64,000 nt of DNA, from assembly GCA_002269645.1 (NCBI GenBank), contig NIVC01000184.1, positions 124,001 to 188,000 of the forward strand, read 5' to 3'. Below are positions 1-15,500 of the stretch, piece after piece (within the stretch, counting starts at the first letter, position 1; every line of letters starts with the position of its first letter). A program made the position numbers and the translations under genes. The notes under the pieces were generated by a model, which did no database searches, was not told the origin of the DNA, and saw only the letters and a program-made list of their open reading frames with translations. This stretch comes from Macrostomum lignano (Eukaryota).

Positions 1-1122
<1,122 letters not shown>

Positions 1123-1136
1123 GAGGCACTAAGAAA

Positions 1137-1512
<376 letters not shown>

Positions 1513-1924
1513 AGCACACACGCAGTCTCACGGCCCGTTGCACCGCAGACTGGTTACGAGAGCGCTGACTGCTGAAACTTCGGTCCATTCGGCATGAAAG
1601 TCGGCCCCAGTTGCATTGTAAACCTGTAACACGGCTGTCTGGCGGCCAGAAGCATTGCCGAGAAAGCCCCACGGGAAAATATGTTCTGATCAATTATTCA
1701 CTGCTGCGGCGCCCGGCTGCTGTCGCATCTGCTGGCCAGGCAGATTCGGCCGCGGCGGCCAGCAATGAAAACAGATATTATTTTAAAGTGAAAATTGGCC
1801 GGTAGAAGCTTCGCACTTTTTGTGCATCAGTTGCGGCTGGCTTTTGTTTTTTGACACTTCGGCTTGGGCAGAAAGCTTTTTATGGTCTATTTATCCATGT
1901 GGTGATACTGTCTGTCCACTGATT

Positions 1925-2192
<268 letters not shown>

Positions 2193-2844
2193 GATGTATC
2201 TGTCTATAAACACAATGCTCCGCAAGCAGAATAAAATTCACAGAAATGCCTATACATGCTATCAGATGAGGAGAGTTCACAGGGAAAGGTGTGTGCCTGA
2301 TGCTAATCTAGTCATGCGACTTTCGCACAGCACATGGCCACTCTCTGGGGACCGAATGCTACGATGCAGATCCAGCATGCCAATGAATCGGCCTGTTTGA
2401 GTCCTTCTTTGACTATCTTTCCCCTCGCATCTCTGTCCCCATCCTACGCCTCTGTTTATTAACAGTTCTAAGTAGGTGTTCGACCTGAAATTAAAAATTA
2501 CAGACAGAATTCCTGACCAGCAGTTCAGTGGTGAGTTCGGTAGGCGGACTTGCCAATAGAAACGCTGTAATGCCTGTCTATTCGATGAAATACCAAATCC
2601 CAAAGGAATTTTACGGTCAGGGTTAATCCTTTTTCTCTTTGCTTTCTTGCAGCATTGTAAAAAAATGTTTTATTGAACAGCTGATCGATTTTGATGACGC
2701 CATGATGAAGTGCATCGAAGATGTTGGTTTGATGGGTTTATACAATGTCATGCAGACAAAAATACCAACTACTCTCGTAGGGTGCGAGCTAATTGATAAA
2801 ACTCTCAAATGACTCAATGAGACACTGAACAAACAGATAGGTTG

Positions 2845-3085
2845 ACAGGCAGTATGACAGACAGTATGACAGGCAGTATGACAGGCAATTCGACAGGAAA
2901 TATGAAACAATATGACAGAAAATATGACAGACAATATGACAGGCAATATGACAGACTATATGACAGACGACAGGTAATATCACAGAAAATATCACAGGCC
3001 ATTTGACAGGCAATAAATATGACAGACATTATGACAGACATTATGATAGACAATATGACCGACAATATGACAAACAGTGTGACAG
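2845..3085. repeat. Degenerate ~12-bp tandem repeat (ATATGACAGACA-like)
   Basis: Repeated ATGACAG core, grading into the 14-bp array. Confidence 0.8.
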
Positions 3086-3094
3086 ACTTCCTTC

Positions 3095-4466
3095 CCTCAG
3101 ACAATGTCCCTCAGACAATATCACTCAGACAATGTCCCTCAGACAATGTCCCTCAGACAATGTCCCTCAGACAATGTTCCTCAGACAATATCCCTCAGAC
3201 TTCCTTCCCTCAGACAATGTCCCTCAGACAATGTCCCTCAGACAATGTCCCTCAGACCAGACAATGTCCCTCAGACAATGTCCCTCAGACAATATCACTC
3301 AGACAATGTTCCTCAGACAATGTCCCTCAGACAATATCCCTCAGACAATGTCCCTCAGACAATGTCCCTCAGACAATGTCCCTCAGACAATGTCCCTCAG
3401 ACAATGTCCCTCAGACAATATCCCTCAGACAATGTCCCTCAGACAATATCCCTCAGACAATATCCCTCAGACAATGTCCCTCAGACAATATCCATCAGAC
3501 AATATCCCTCAGACAATGTCCCTCAGACAATGTCCCTCAGACAATGTCCCTCAGACAATGTCCCTCAGACAATGTCCCTCAGACAATGTCCCTCAGACAA
3601 TGTCCATCAGACAATGTCCCTCAGACAATGTCCCTCAGACAATGTCCCTCAGACAATGTCCCTCAGACAATGTCCCTCAGACCAGACAATGTCCCTCAGA
3701 CAATGTCCCTCAGATAATATCTCTCAGACAATGTCCCTCCGACAATGTCCCTCAGACAATGTCCCTCAGACAATGTCCCTCAGACAATGTCCCTCAGACA
3801 ATGTCCCTCAGACAATATCACTCAGACAATGTTCCTCAGACAATGTCCCTCAGACAATATCCCTCAAACAATGTCCCTCAGACAATGTCCCTCAGACAAT
3901 GTCCCTCAGACAATGTCCCTCAGACAATGTCCCTCAGACAATATCCCTCAGACAATGTCCCTCAGACAATATCCCTCAGACAATATCCCTCAGACAATGT
4001 CCCTCAGACAATATCCATCAGACAATATCCCTCAGACAATGTCCCTCAGACAATGTCCCTCAGACAATGTCCCTCAGACAATGTCCCTCAGACAATGTCC
4101 CTCAGACAATATCCCTCAGACAATGTCCCTCAGACAATGTCCCTCAGACAATGTCCCTCAGACAATGTCCCTCAGACAATGTCCCTCAGACAATGTCCCT
4201 CAGACAATGTCCATCAGACAATGTCCCTCAGACAATGTCCCTCAGACAATGTCCCTCAGACAATGTCCCTCAGACAATGTCCCTCAGACAATGTCCCTCA
4301 GACAATGTCCATCAGACAATGTCCATCAGACAATGTCCCTCAGACAATGTCCCTCAGACAATGTCCCTCAGACAATGTCCCTCAGACAATGTCCCTCAGA
4401 CAATGTCCCTCAGACAATGTCCCTCAGACAATGTCCCTCAGATAATGTCCCTCAGACAATGTCCCC
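3095..4466. repeat. 14-bp minisatellite (CAGACAATGTCCCT)n, nearly 100 units
   Basis: Period 14; explains the QTMSLRQCPSDNVP ORFs in all three + frames; ends ~14 nt before a splice acceptor. Confidence 0.97.
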
Positions 4467-4480
4467 TCACCCCCCCGCAG

Positions 4481-4951
4481 CCGCAGCCAGGGCTTTATCG
4501 GACTGCCGCCACGAACCCTGCCAACACGGCGGTGTCTGCACCGCCGGCTCGCTGACGTGCGCCTGTCCGCAGGGCTTCGTCGGCGACCGCTGCGAGCTGC
4601 CCGATCCGTGCCAGCACAGCCCGTGCCATCCGGCCAGCGCATGCGTCGTGAACTCCACCAGCTGGGGCTTCCAGTGCCTCTGTCCGTCTGGTTTCGTAGG
4701 CGACACGTGCAGCATTGACGTCAACGAGTGCCTGTCGGCTCCGTGCGCCAACGGAGGCAGTTGCGTCAACACTGAGGGCGGGTACAGCTGTCGGTGCCCT
4801 GCCGGCTTCGAGGGTCGGCACTGCGAGCTGCCTTTGTCGCCGTCTCGACCTTCAACAGCGATCGACTGTCGGCTGAACGGCGGCTGCTACAACGGTGGCG
4901 TCTGCAGCGGCGATTTCGACGGCAAATGTCGCTGCGTTGACGGATTTTCAG
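4481..4951 (+). CDS. Notch-like exon: EGF repeats 1-4
   Basis: Acceptor ccccccgcag|, donor g|gtgaaa. EGF3 ECLSAPCANGGSCVNTEGGYSC carries the O-glucose (C-X-S-X-P-C) and O-fucose (C-X4-S-C) consensus. Confidence 0.92.
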
Positions 4952-6556
4952 GTGAAAGGAGAGGCGGACAACGGGGGATGGAGATGGAGATGAAAATAGA
5001 GTAGGAGGTAAAGACAGAATGGTAGACAGACAGATGGAATGACAGGCAGGCAGACAGATCCCAAATGAAAACCTGATCCCAAATGGAATTACAAAATTAC
5101 AAAAAATTAAAAGTGTAGAAAAGGCTAAGCGTTTTTATGTAAATCTATATTTCCATATAACAAAGGAATTTTCTATTGATATTTGTTTCTCCAACTTCCA
5201 TAATGTTCGTCTGAATTCTTTAACGAAGTCGCGTACACATTGATTTTATAGTTTCGTCCCATTTCTTTCTAACAATGTCACTCTGATTGGGGTCTGCCTC
5301 GAACCAGCGTGATTGAATTATTGAAGTTAACTGCTTGTTATTACTGGTTTCGGTGAATACTTTTGTAAAAATCGAACTCGAACTCCAACATATTCTTGCA
5401 GCGGTACTCTAAACTTCTCAACTCGAAGCTTCACAAACTCGAAGCTTCACAAACTCGAAGCTTCACAAACTCGAAGCTTCACTAACTCTAAACTTCACAA
5501 ACTCTAAACTTCTCAACTCGAAGCTTCACAAACTCGAAGCTTCACAAACTCGAAGCTTCACAAACTCGAAGCTTCACAAACTCGAAGCTTCACTAACTCT
5601 AAACTTCACAAACTCTAAACTTCACAAACTCTAAACTTCACAAACTCTAAACTTCACAAACTCGAAGCTTCACAAACTCTAAACTGCACAAACTCTAAAC
5701 TTCACACACTCTAAACTTCACAAACTCTAAATTGCACAAACTCGAAGCTTCACAAACTCTAAACTTCACACACTCTAAACTTCACAAACTCTAAACTGCA
5801 CAAACTCGAAGCTTCACAAACTCTAAACTTCACACACTCTAAACTTCACAAACTCTAAACTGCACAAACTCGAAGCTTCACAAACTCTAAACTTCACACA
5901 CTCTAAACTTCACAAACTCGAAGCTTCACAAACTCTAAACTTCACACACTCTAAACTTCACAAACTCTAAACTTCACACACTCTAAACTTCACAAACTCT
6001 AAACTTCACAAACTCTAAGCTTCACAAACTCTAAACTTCACAAACTCTAAACTTCACAAACTCTAAACTTCACAAACTCTAAACTTCACAAACTCGAAGC
6101 TTTACAAACTCGAAGCTTCACAAACTCGAAGCTTCACAAACTCTAAACTGCACAAACTCTAAACTGCACAAACTCGAAGCTTCCCAAACTCTAAACTTCA
6201 CACACTCTAAACTTCACAAACTCTAAACTTCACAAACACTTAACTTCACAAATTCGAAATTTCACAAATTCAAAATTTCACAAACTCTAAACTTCACACA
6301 CTGAAAATTTCATAAGCTCGAAGCTTCACGAACTTAAAACTTAGCATCACATTACTGAAATTTCGAACGCACAAAACACCCCCATTATATTTAAGCCGAA
6401 TCGAAATTTTACTGCTGACAAATTCAAGAATCACTGTCTGCCTGTCTGCCTTTTAACCAACAATCGCAGCTGATGCCAAGATTGACAACCCAATCTGCTG
6501 CGCTCTCGAGCTCTTCATCGATCCGCTCTTTGCCTCTCTGTCCCAGTCTGTGCCTC

Positions 6557-6587
<31 letters not shown>

Positions 6588-9500
6588 CCTTTTAGCTCGA
6601 TAACTAGGCTGATGTGCCTTTCTCCTCGATATGTGGTGTTAAATAATTAAGTGGCAACTGAGGGTTGGAGGCGGCAGGCAGTTCTGCAAATTTGTGTCTC
6701 TCCAGTCACGATTTCTGTTAAAAATGATGCCACAGAAATATGACACACAATATACATCCTGACATGCAGTCTCTTTCGAGTCCTATTCGAAGCCCAAATA
6801 TTTGGTCCGAGTGGCTAAAACTTTGAGGCAATATCTGAAATCCTTAGTCTAACGGCGCGTGTCTACGTTTTTCATGAAGTAATTATTTTAATTTGAAGAA
6901 AATAGCCTCCCGGACATTCGGGTTGGCTCAGGGACTTCCGAAACAAGCTGGCTTATTTCCCCTGCAGAAGACCTGGACCCCCGCCTCCAACTCTCCTCAG
7001 GCTGCAAGATTAAGCAAACTCGTACAAAGGCGCCAATACTGCACGCAGGCCCGCACTCATACACATGCTCACACAGCTAGGGTGTCAAAATGTCAAACAC
7101 GCGTTAACCCCCTGAGATGCTCTGCTCCTTAAGAAGAACCTGAAATAGTCCCATGAAGTTTGAGAAAGTCAGAGAGTTTCAGAGATTTAGAGTCAGAAGA
7201 GTTAGAGGCTCTGGGAGAGTCAGAGAGTGGTGGCAGAGAGTCAGGGTGTCAGATAGTCAGGGTGTCAGATAGTCAGGGTGTCAGAGAGTCAGGGCGTCAG
7301 AGAGTCAGGGCGTCAGAGAGTCAGGGCGTCAGAGAGTCAGGGCGTCAGAGAGTCAGGGCGTCAGAGAGTCAGGGCGTCAGAGAGTCAGGGTGTCAGAGAG
7401 TCAGGATGTCAGAGAGTCAGGGTGTCAGAGAGTCAGGGTATCAGAGAGTCAGGGTGTCAGAGAGTCAGGGTGTCAGAGAGTCAGGGTGTCAGAGAGTCAG
7501 AGTGTCAGAGAGTCAGGGTGTCAGAGAGTCAGACACAGAGACAGCCAGCACTTTGCAGTGACCCGAGCTCCAATCTGGCAACCATTTATCCGGTTTCCCC
7601 TCGCCTCGGAGGGGATAATTGACAGAGCGGGGACCAGCGCATCCGGAGGGGAAGGGCAGAAGGCCAGGGGCCGAACTGAGGAAGCTGCAAGCTGATGTTG
7701 GCCTTGTTCGGGAAAACATGCAAGAATTGATCCGACAAAAAAATATCAAAATCAAGCCATTTCAGCCCAGACCCCTAACCGGAATCCTCTCTGATCCCAA
7801 CAGATTTTTATCCCCTAAGAACAGGAAGAAAAAAGCGTTGCTGCTAATGGGGCTGATGGCTGGAATTAATAGAAACAGCATGCAAAAAAGTGACAACAAT
7901 ATGAAAAAGAAACTGTTTTTCTGCTGAACAGTTCCCCATTAGAGTTAAGCAGGAATGGGGAAAAAACTATAACTAGGGTACTATTTTGGGAAGAACCGAA
8001 TGCTCCCATCTCAGCGAAAAAGAGAGGATTTGAAACTCGATCCTACTCAAGCTCTGTCACTTTGCAAAGCTTTCGAGCCAAGCCTTCAACTGCAAATACC
8101 AATTCCTTTGGGAAATCTTTAATATGCAGTTGCCGATGTGGACCTCAAATTTAATGGCAATTCAGTGCCCAGACAGCGAAACACTCTCTTCTAGAACGTG
8201 CTGAAATTGAAAAAAGAACTGCTACAAGCTGACTAGAGAAAGCAAAAAAACATTTTAAGTCACAGCTGTTAGAGGACTGAGGACTCCCTCAAGCACTCTA
8301 GGGGACGTTAGTGAAATTAACTAATTTACAGCCAACCCCCTCACCACCACCCCACAGCCAACCTCCACACCCACCAACCCACAGCCAACCCCTTCACCCA
8401 TCACCCCACAGCCGACCCCCTCCACCCACCACCCCACAGCCAACCCCTCAGCCACCACCCCACAGCCAACCCCGTCACCCACCACCTACAGCCAACCCCG
8501 TCACCCACCACCTACAGCCAACCCCATCACCCACCACCCCACAGCCAACACCCTCACCCACCACCCCACAGCCAACCGCCTCACCCACAACCCCACAGCT
8601 GACCCCCTCACCCGCCACCCCACAGCCGACCCCGTCACCCACCACCCCACAGCCAACACCCTCACCCACCACCCCACAGCCAACCCCCTCACCCACAACC
8701 CCACAGCCGACCCCCTCACCCGCCACCCCACAGCCGACCCTCACCCACCACCCACCGCAAAACCATCACAAAATACTCACCCTCGCCAAATTCCTCTGCA
8801 GGCACCCGCTGCGAAGTCCCACCGCAGTCAGAATCGGTGTCAGATCCCTGCGCCTCGAACCAGCCGTGCCTTCACGGTGGCCTGTGCAGAAGCTTCGCCG
8901 CCACCGGCACATTCGTATGCGACTGCGCGTCCGGCTGGTTGGGCCTTCGCTGCGAGCAGCTGCTGAACCCGTGCACCGAATCATCGTGTCTTGGCCGAGG
9001 CCGCTGCTTGCCGACAGCAGCTGGCGGATTCAACTGCCGTTGTCATGCGGGATTTCGAGGCCGATACTGCGAGCATTTATCGCAGCCGACCGGCTTGCCG
9101 ACAGTCCAGCCGGAACCCTGCAATTCCAGCCGGTGGCAGTCCTGGTGTCTGAACGGCGGCCGCTGTTTCCAGTTGGTTGGCGTCGAACTTCCGGTGTGCC
9201 AGTGTCGACGCGGTTTCACCGGCAGTCGCTGCCAGATCGACGTGAACGAATGCGAGCAGTTCGGCGGCGCCTGTCTGAATGGAGGCGAGTGCGTTGACGA
9301 GCCTGGAGGGTTCAGGTGCACCTGCAAACCCGGCTTTCAGGTGAGTGGCTGAGTGAGGATTGGAGACAGGTGCATTACAGCACATGGAGACTTGAATTTC
9401 AGGAAAGATCTGCAACAATTAAAATTTATTTTCAGATACTACACGTCCTCCATGTATATTTTATACACACCATTTTTATTTGGCTAATTAATCTGTTTAA

Positions 9501-12500
9501 CTGGTAGAGCCTGAAAAATCCTCCTTAGGATTGATCTTCTAATAGCTCAAGAGTCCTCTTGCCCCTCTTTCTTACAAAATGGTCATTTTTCACTATCAGC
9601 CCCATCCCATCCTCCGCTACCCACCCCATCCTCCGCTACCCACCCCATCCTCCGCTACCCACCCCATCCTCCGCTACCCACCCCATCCTCCGCTACTCAC
9701 TCCATCCTCCGCTACCCACCCCACATCCTCCGCCAGCCACCGCATCCTCCGCTACCCACCCCATCCTCCGCTACCCACCCATCCTCCGCTACCCACCCAT
9801 CCTCTGTTACCCACTCCATCCTCCGCTACCCACCCCATCCTCCGCTACCCACCCCATCCTCCGCTACCCACCCCATCCTCCGCTACTCACTCCATCCTCC
9901 GCTACCCACCCCACATCCTCCGCCAGCCACCGCATCCTCCGCTACCCACCCCATCCTCCGCTACCCACCCCATCCTCCGCTACTCACTCCATCCTCCGCT
10001 ACCCACCCCACATCCTCCGCCAGCCACCGCATCCTCCGCTACCCACCCCATCCTCCGCTACCCACCCCATCCTCCGCTACCCACCCATCCTCTGTTACCC
10101 ACTCCATCCTCCGCTACCCACCTTATCTTCCGCTACCCACCCCATTCTCAGCTACCCACCCCGTCCTACCAAATACTACAAGCGTACCTGACATTCCAAT
10201 GCACTATTAGTCAGCTAATTCTTATTAGGTACAACTGCATCTATAGAAAGTCCATCCGTTTCCGGGAAATACGCTTCCCCAAGGATCTGAGAGCCAGAGC
10301 AAGCACAGTAAAGACGCACGGGCACAGGCCCATATCTTTTCTTTCTATAAAATGATTTAATAACTTTCCCATCCCCGAAGTTGAGTTGATGCTAATTCAA
10401 ACAAAAAATGTTCTGCTACGGAAAAACAGCACGAAGTCCATGGATAATGAGCAGGAGGTTTTTGTAGCATTATTGCGTGATATTTTTGCCAGAGTCTGCC
10501 TGACTTTCGGCTCTATCAAGTGTACTTTACTATTTTCACTGTTTTACTACTGATCAAATTTTATTATTCACCGCTGCTATTCACATTTTTCAAGTTCACT
10601 CTACCTCTTACACTCTTCACACTGCACTCGTAACTCTTCACTTCTCACCCGTCACTCTTCACTCCTCACCCGTCAAACTCTTCACTCCTCATCCGTCATT
10701 CTTCACTCCTCACCCGTCACTCTTCACTCCTCATCCGTCACTCTTCACTTCTCACCCGTCACTCTTCACTCCTCATCCGTCACTCTTCACTCCTCACCCG
10801 TCACTCTTCACTCCTCATCCGTCACTCTTCACTTCTCACCCGTCACTCTTCACTCCTCATCCGTCACTCTTCACTCCTCACCCGTCACTCTTCACTCCTC
10901 ATCCGTCACTCTTCACTCCTCACCCGTCACTCTTCACTCCTCATCCGTCACTCTTCACTTCTCACCCGTCACTCTTCACTCCTCATCCGTCACTCTTCAC
11001 TTCTCACCCGTCACTCTTCACTCCTCACCCGTCACTCTTCACTCCTCACCCGTCACTCTTCACTCCTCATCCGTCACTCTTCACTCCTCACCCGTCACTC
11101 TTCACTCCTCATCCGTCACTCTTCACTTCTTATCCGTCACTCTTTACTCCTCATCCGTCACTCTTCACTCCTCACCCGTCACTCTTCACTTCTCACCCGT
11201 CACTCTTCACTCCTCATCCGTCACTCTTCACTTCTCACCCGTCACTCTTCACTCCTCATCCGTCACTCTTCACTCCTCACCCGTCACTCTTCACTCCTCA
11301 TCCGTCACTCTTCACTTCTCACCCGTCACTCTTCACTCCTCACCCGTCACTCTTCACTCCTCATCCGTCACTCTTCACTCCTCATCCGTCACTCTTCACT
11401 CCTCACCCGTCACTCTTCACTCCTCATCCGTCACTCTTCACTTCTTATCCGTCACTCTTTACTCCTCATCCGTCACTCTTCACTCCTCACCCGTCACTCT
11501 TCACTTCTCACCCGTCACTCTTCACTCCTCATCCGTCACTCTTCACTTCTCACCCGTCACTCTTCACTCCTCACCCGTCACTCTTCACTCCTCACCCGTC
11601 ACTCTTCACTCCTCATCCGTCACTCTTCACTTCTCACCCGTCACTCTTCACTCCTCACCCGTCACTCTTCACTCCTCATCCGTCACTCTTCACTCCTCAT
11701 CCGTCACTCTTCACTCCTCACCCGTCACTCTTCACTCCTCATCCGTCACTCTTCACTTCTTATCCGTCACTCTTTACTCCTCATCCGTCACTCTTCACTC
11801 CTCACCCGTCACTCTTCACTTCTCACCCGTCACTCTTCACTCCTCATCCGTCACTCTTCACTTCTCACCCGTCACTCTTCACTCCTCATCCGTCACTCTT
11901 CACTTCTCACCCGTCACTCTTCACTCCTCATCCGTCACTCTTCACTCCTCACCCGTCACTCTTCACTCCTCATCCGTCACTCTTCACTTCTCATCCGTCA
12001 CTCTTCACTCCTCATCCGTCACTCTTCACTCCTCACCCGTCACTCTTCACTCCTCATCCGTCACTCTTCACTCCTCACCCGTCACTCTTCACTTCTCACC
12101 CGTCACTCTTCACTCCTCATCCGTCACTCTTCACTGCTACCCAGTCAACTGTCACACCTTTAATTTGCAGTCTTCACTCCTCACCGGACGTTGCTCTGTT
12201 TTCACTGTTTTCTGCTCATTCTATTCTCAAGGTTTGACACTTGTCACCCACCCTACATCAGATGTTCCCTAAGCCCTAATCCGATCTTTTTGCCGCCTCA
12301 TCATCCGCTTTAATCAGCCACCTTAGCAACCTATTTGACCTAAGCTACCTGCCTTTGTGAGATCAAAGTTCCAATTATTTTTAGGTTTTTAATAAAAGCA
12401 GATGTTTACTTAGATTGGAAGAAACAAGGTGACTAGACTAAATGAAGAGCAGACTCACTTTTGACCCTCTGGATACCCAGGTATCTTGTATCAATCCGAT

Positions 12501-15500
12501 TCTATTTCCGGATCGCAAAAGTTTTCTGCACCAATTCCAATAGCTAATTTATTTATTTTTAGTCAATGGGTTAATCATCTCCTTTGTTTCTCTTCATTTC
12601 TATCCTCTGTTCCCAGCTCACAATCGCAATCAATACGCCTTAACTCTGTCATTTATGCTTGCTCTTCCCTTCTATACTGTAGCTCGTACCAAAATTCTCT
12701 CTAATTGCCCAACACAGCAGTATACCCATCCCATCCTCCGCTACCCACCCCATCCTCCGCTACCCACCCCATCCTCCGCTACCCACCCCATCCTCCGCTA
12801 CCCACCTTATCCTCCGCTACCCACCCCATCCTCCGCTACCCACCCCATCCTCCGCTACCCACCCCATCCTCCGCTACCCACCCCATCCTCCGCTACCCAC
12901 CCCATCCTCCGCTACCCACCCCATCCTCCACTACCCACCCCATCCTCCGGAACAAACCCCATCCTTTGCTACCCATCCCATCCTCCGCTACCCACCCCAT
13001 CTTCCGCTACCCACCCCATCTTCCGCTACCCACCCCATCCTCCGCTACCCACCCCATCCTCCGGAACAAACCCCACCCTTTGCTACCCACCCCATCCTCC
13101 GCTACCCACCCCATCCTCCGCTACCCACCACATCTTCCGCTACCCACCCCATCCTCCGCTACCCACCCCATCCTCCGCTACCCACCCCATCTTCCGCTAC
13201 CCACCCCATCCTTTGCTACCCACCCCATCCTCCGCTACCCACCCCATCCTCCGCTACCCACCCCATCTTCCGCTACCCACCCCACATCCTCCGCTACCCA
13301 CCCCATCCTCCGCTACCCACCCCATCCTCCGCTACCCACCCCATCCTCCGCTACCCACCCCATCTACGGTTACCCACTTCAGCTTACCTAAACATGATCA
13401 AAACTCCTAAATTCAACACCTAAAAACTACGAGGGGCGTACTGAAAGTTTTGAGATACACCGAAACCACAAATGTTTGAAGCAAAATTTCTGTCACAATT
13501 TTTCGAAGTAGCTCGTATCTTTGTTTTCTAGTATTGAATATCATAAACGACCTTTCCTTGCAGGGCCCGTACTGTCAAGGTGACACGGGTGAATGCGCGA
13601 ACAGCCTCGGTCCGTGCAGCCCAGCGGGCACCCTTCGCTGCCTCCGCAGAGGTCCGTCCGACCGCCTGAGGAGCTTCACCTGCACCTGCAAGCCGGGCTT
13701 CTCCGGTCCGCTCTGCCATCGACGCGTCGACCCGTGCGACAGCGTCGTGTGTCTCGGCGGCGGTCGCTGCGTCTTCGACAGCTCGGCTGGTCCCGCCTGC
13801 CTCTGCCCGCCCGGTCGCGCCGGTCAGCACTGCCAGTTCATCGGCTCCACCTGCGACGAATCGCCGTGCCGCGGCGCCGCCTCAACCTGCCGGCAGGTTC
13901 GCCTTGGCGGCGGCTTTCGTTGCCACTGCCAGCCGGGTCTGTGCGGCCCCACCTGCGCGGAACGGTGCCCGACGTTCGCGGAGGCGCGCAACCGCTGTCG
14001 CGAGGCCGGCTGCGACGTCCTCGCAGGCGACGGTCGCTGTGACAGGCGCTGCAGCGGGCCGGCCTGCGACTGGGACGGGGGCGACTGCGGCGGCCTGGGC
14101 GCTCGGCCGTGGGTGAACTGCACCGCTATGAGGCTCGGCTTGGCCGCCTGCGACTCGGTGTACGCAGACGGCGAGTGCAACACAGTCTGCAACACCGAGG
14201 CCTGCCTGTTCGACGGCGGCGACTGTCGAGACGACCGGCTGTCGGCGAGAGCGAAGCCCGACTCTGACCCGTGTCCCTATCGCTACTGCGCCGATCACTT
14301 CGCCGACGGCAGCTGCGACCGAGGCTGCGACAGTCCCGCCTGTCTGTTGGACGGCGGTGACTGCGCTGAGCCGGCGGCCGCTCCGCCGTCCCAGTCGCCG
14401 GCGGCAGCAGCAGCGCCGCAGTCGTCTTCAAAGACATCCGCCGACGCGACTGCTTCGATGTGGCGCGAATCCCAACTCGACAAAACTGCTGCTAGCGAGC
14501 TGCTGGAACTGGAGGTGGCGGCGTCTCCAGCCGAAGCGTCCGAGGCCATCCGTTCGCTGACGCGAAGTCTGTCCCGCAACCTGGGCACGCTGCTGCGACT
14601 TGTCCAGCCTCCGGTGGCCGCCACCGTCCCCGGCTCGGCTGACGCATCGCTGGTCAGATTCCAGCTGGACGCTTGCTTGGACGCCAAGACTTTTTCCAGC
14701 TCGTCAGCCGCTGACGCCAACCAAGACGCGTCGCTGACCGATTTCTGCTATCGAAGCGCAAACTTCGCAGCCCAGGCGGTGGCGGCCGGGGTCATGTCCA
14801 GCCGCCTGCTGCTGCCCCTGCGGCTGCGTCGGGTTACTTCGGTTGGCAGCGGTGACAGCCAGTTGTCTGCGGCGGGTAGCGGTGGAGGCCGCAACAGGAG
14901 CGGCGGCGGGGGCGGCGGCGGCGGGGGCGGCGGCGTGATCGGAGTGAGTCGCTCTGGCGGAGTCGGCAGCTTCCTGCTGCCAGCTGCAGTGGCAGCCGCC
15001 TGCCTCCTGGTGCTGGGCCTGCTGCTCGGTTTCCTTCTCAGCGCCATGCGCCGAGGCGGCGTCGTGGCCGAGACGGACGGCAACAATGAAGTAGGAAGAT
15101 TCCGTGGGTGTCGTCGGCAGGCGCGAGTCACGGCGCCGCTAAGCCTGACCGCCTCGCCTGTGGCGGGGACTGGCACGGTGGATTCAGCCTCGATGGCTCC
15201 ACCGCCAGCTGCCAGCCTGAGCGGCTCTCCGCTGCCGCTGCACCGGCTGCAGCCGCCGCATCATTACCAGTCACCGGCGCAGCTTCCAGTTCCTAGGATG
15301 GCCTACCGAGCTCAGAGACTCGCTTTGGGTCAGGTGAGTGACTTCCGATTTTGGATTCTGAAATGCATTATGATTAGCTATTAGTATATGGATTTATGTA
15401 AAGTATATTAACATTTATTATATATAACTAACTCAATAATACTTTTTCCTACAATTAATTATACTTATAACCAACGCTGACTCTTACAAGCGACTACCGA

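Noticed and set aside
3003-4555. 480-aa QTMSLRQCPSDNVP proteins
   Set aside because: The same peptide appears in all three frames, an artefact of the 14-bp period; only the exon from 4481 is supported
7619-8300. Lys-rich ORF, possibly a decayed TE or gene
   Set aside because: No recognisable motif; many stops downstream; cannot be assigned
8311-13410. Pro/Thr/His-rich mucin- or extensin-like ORFs
   Set aside because: They coincide with 27- and 19-bp arrays lying inside well-defined Notch-like introns
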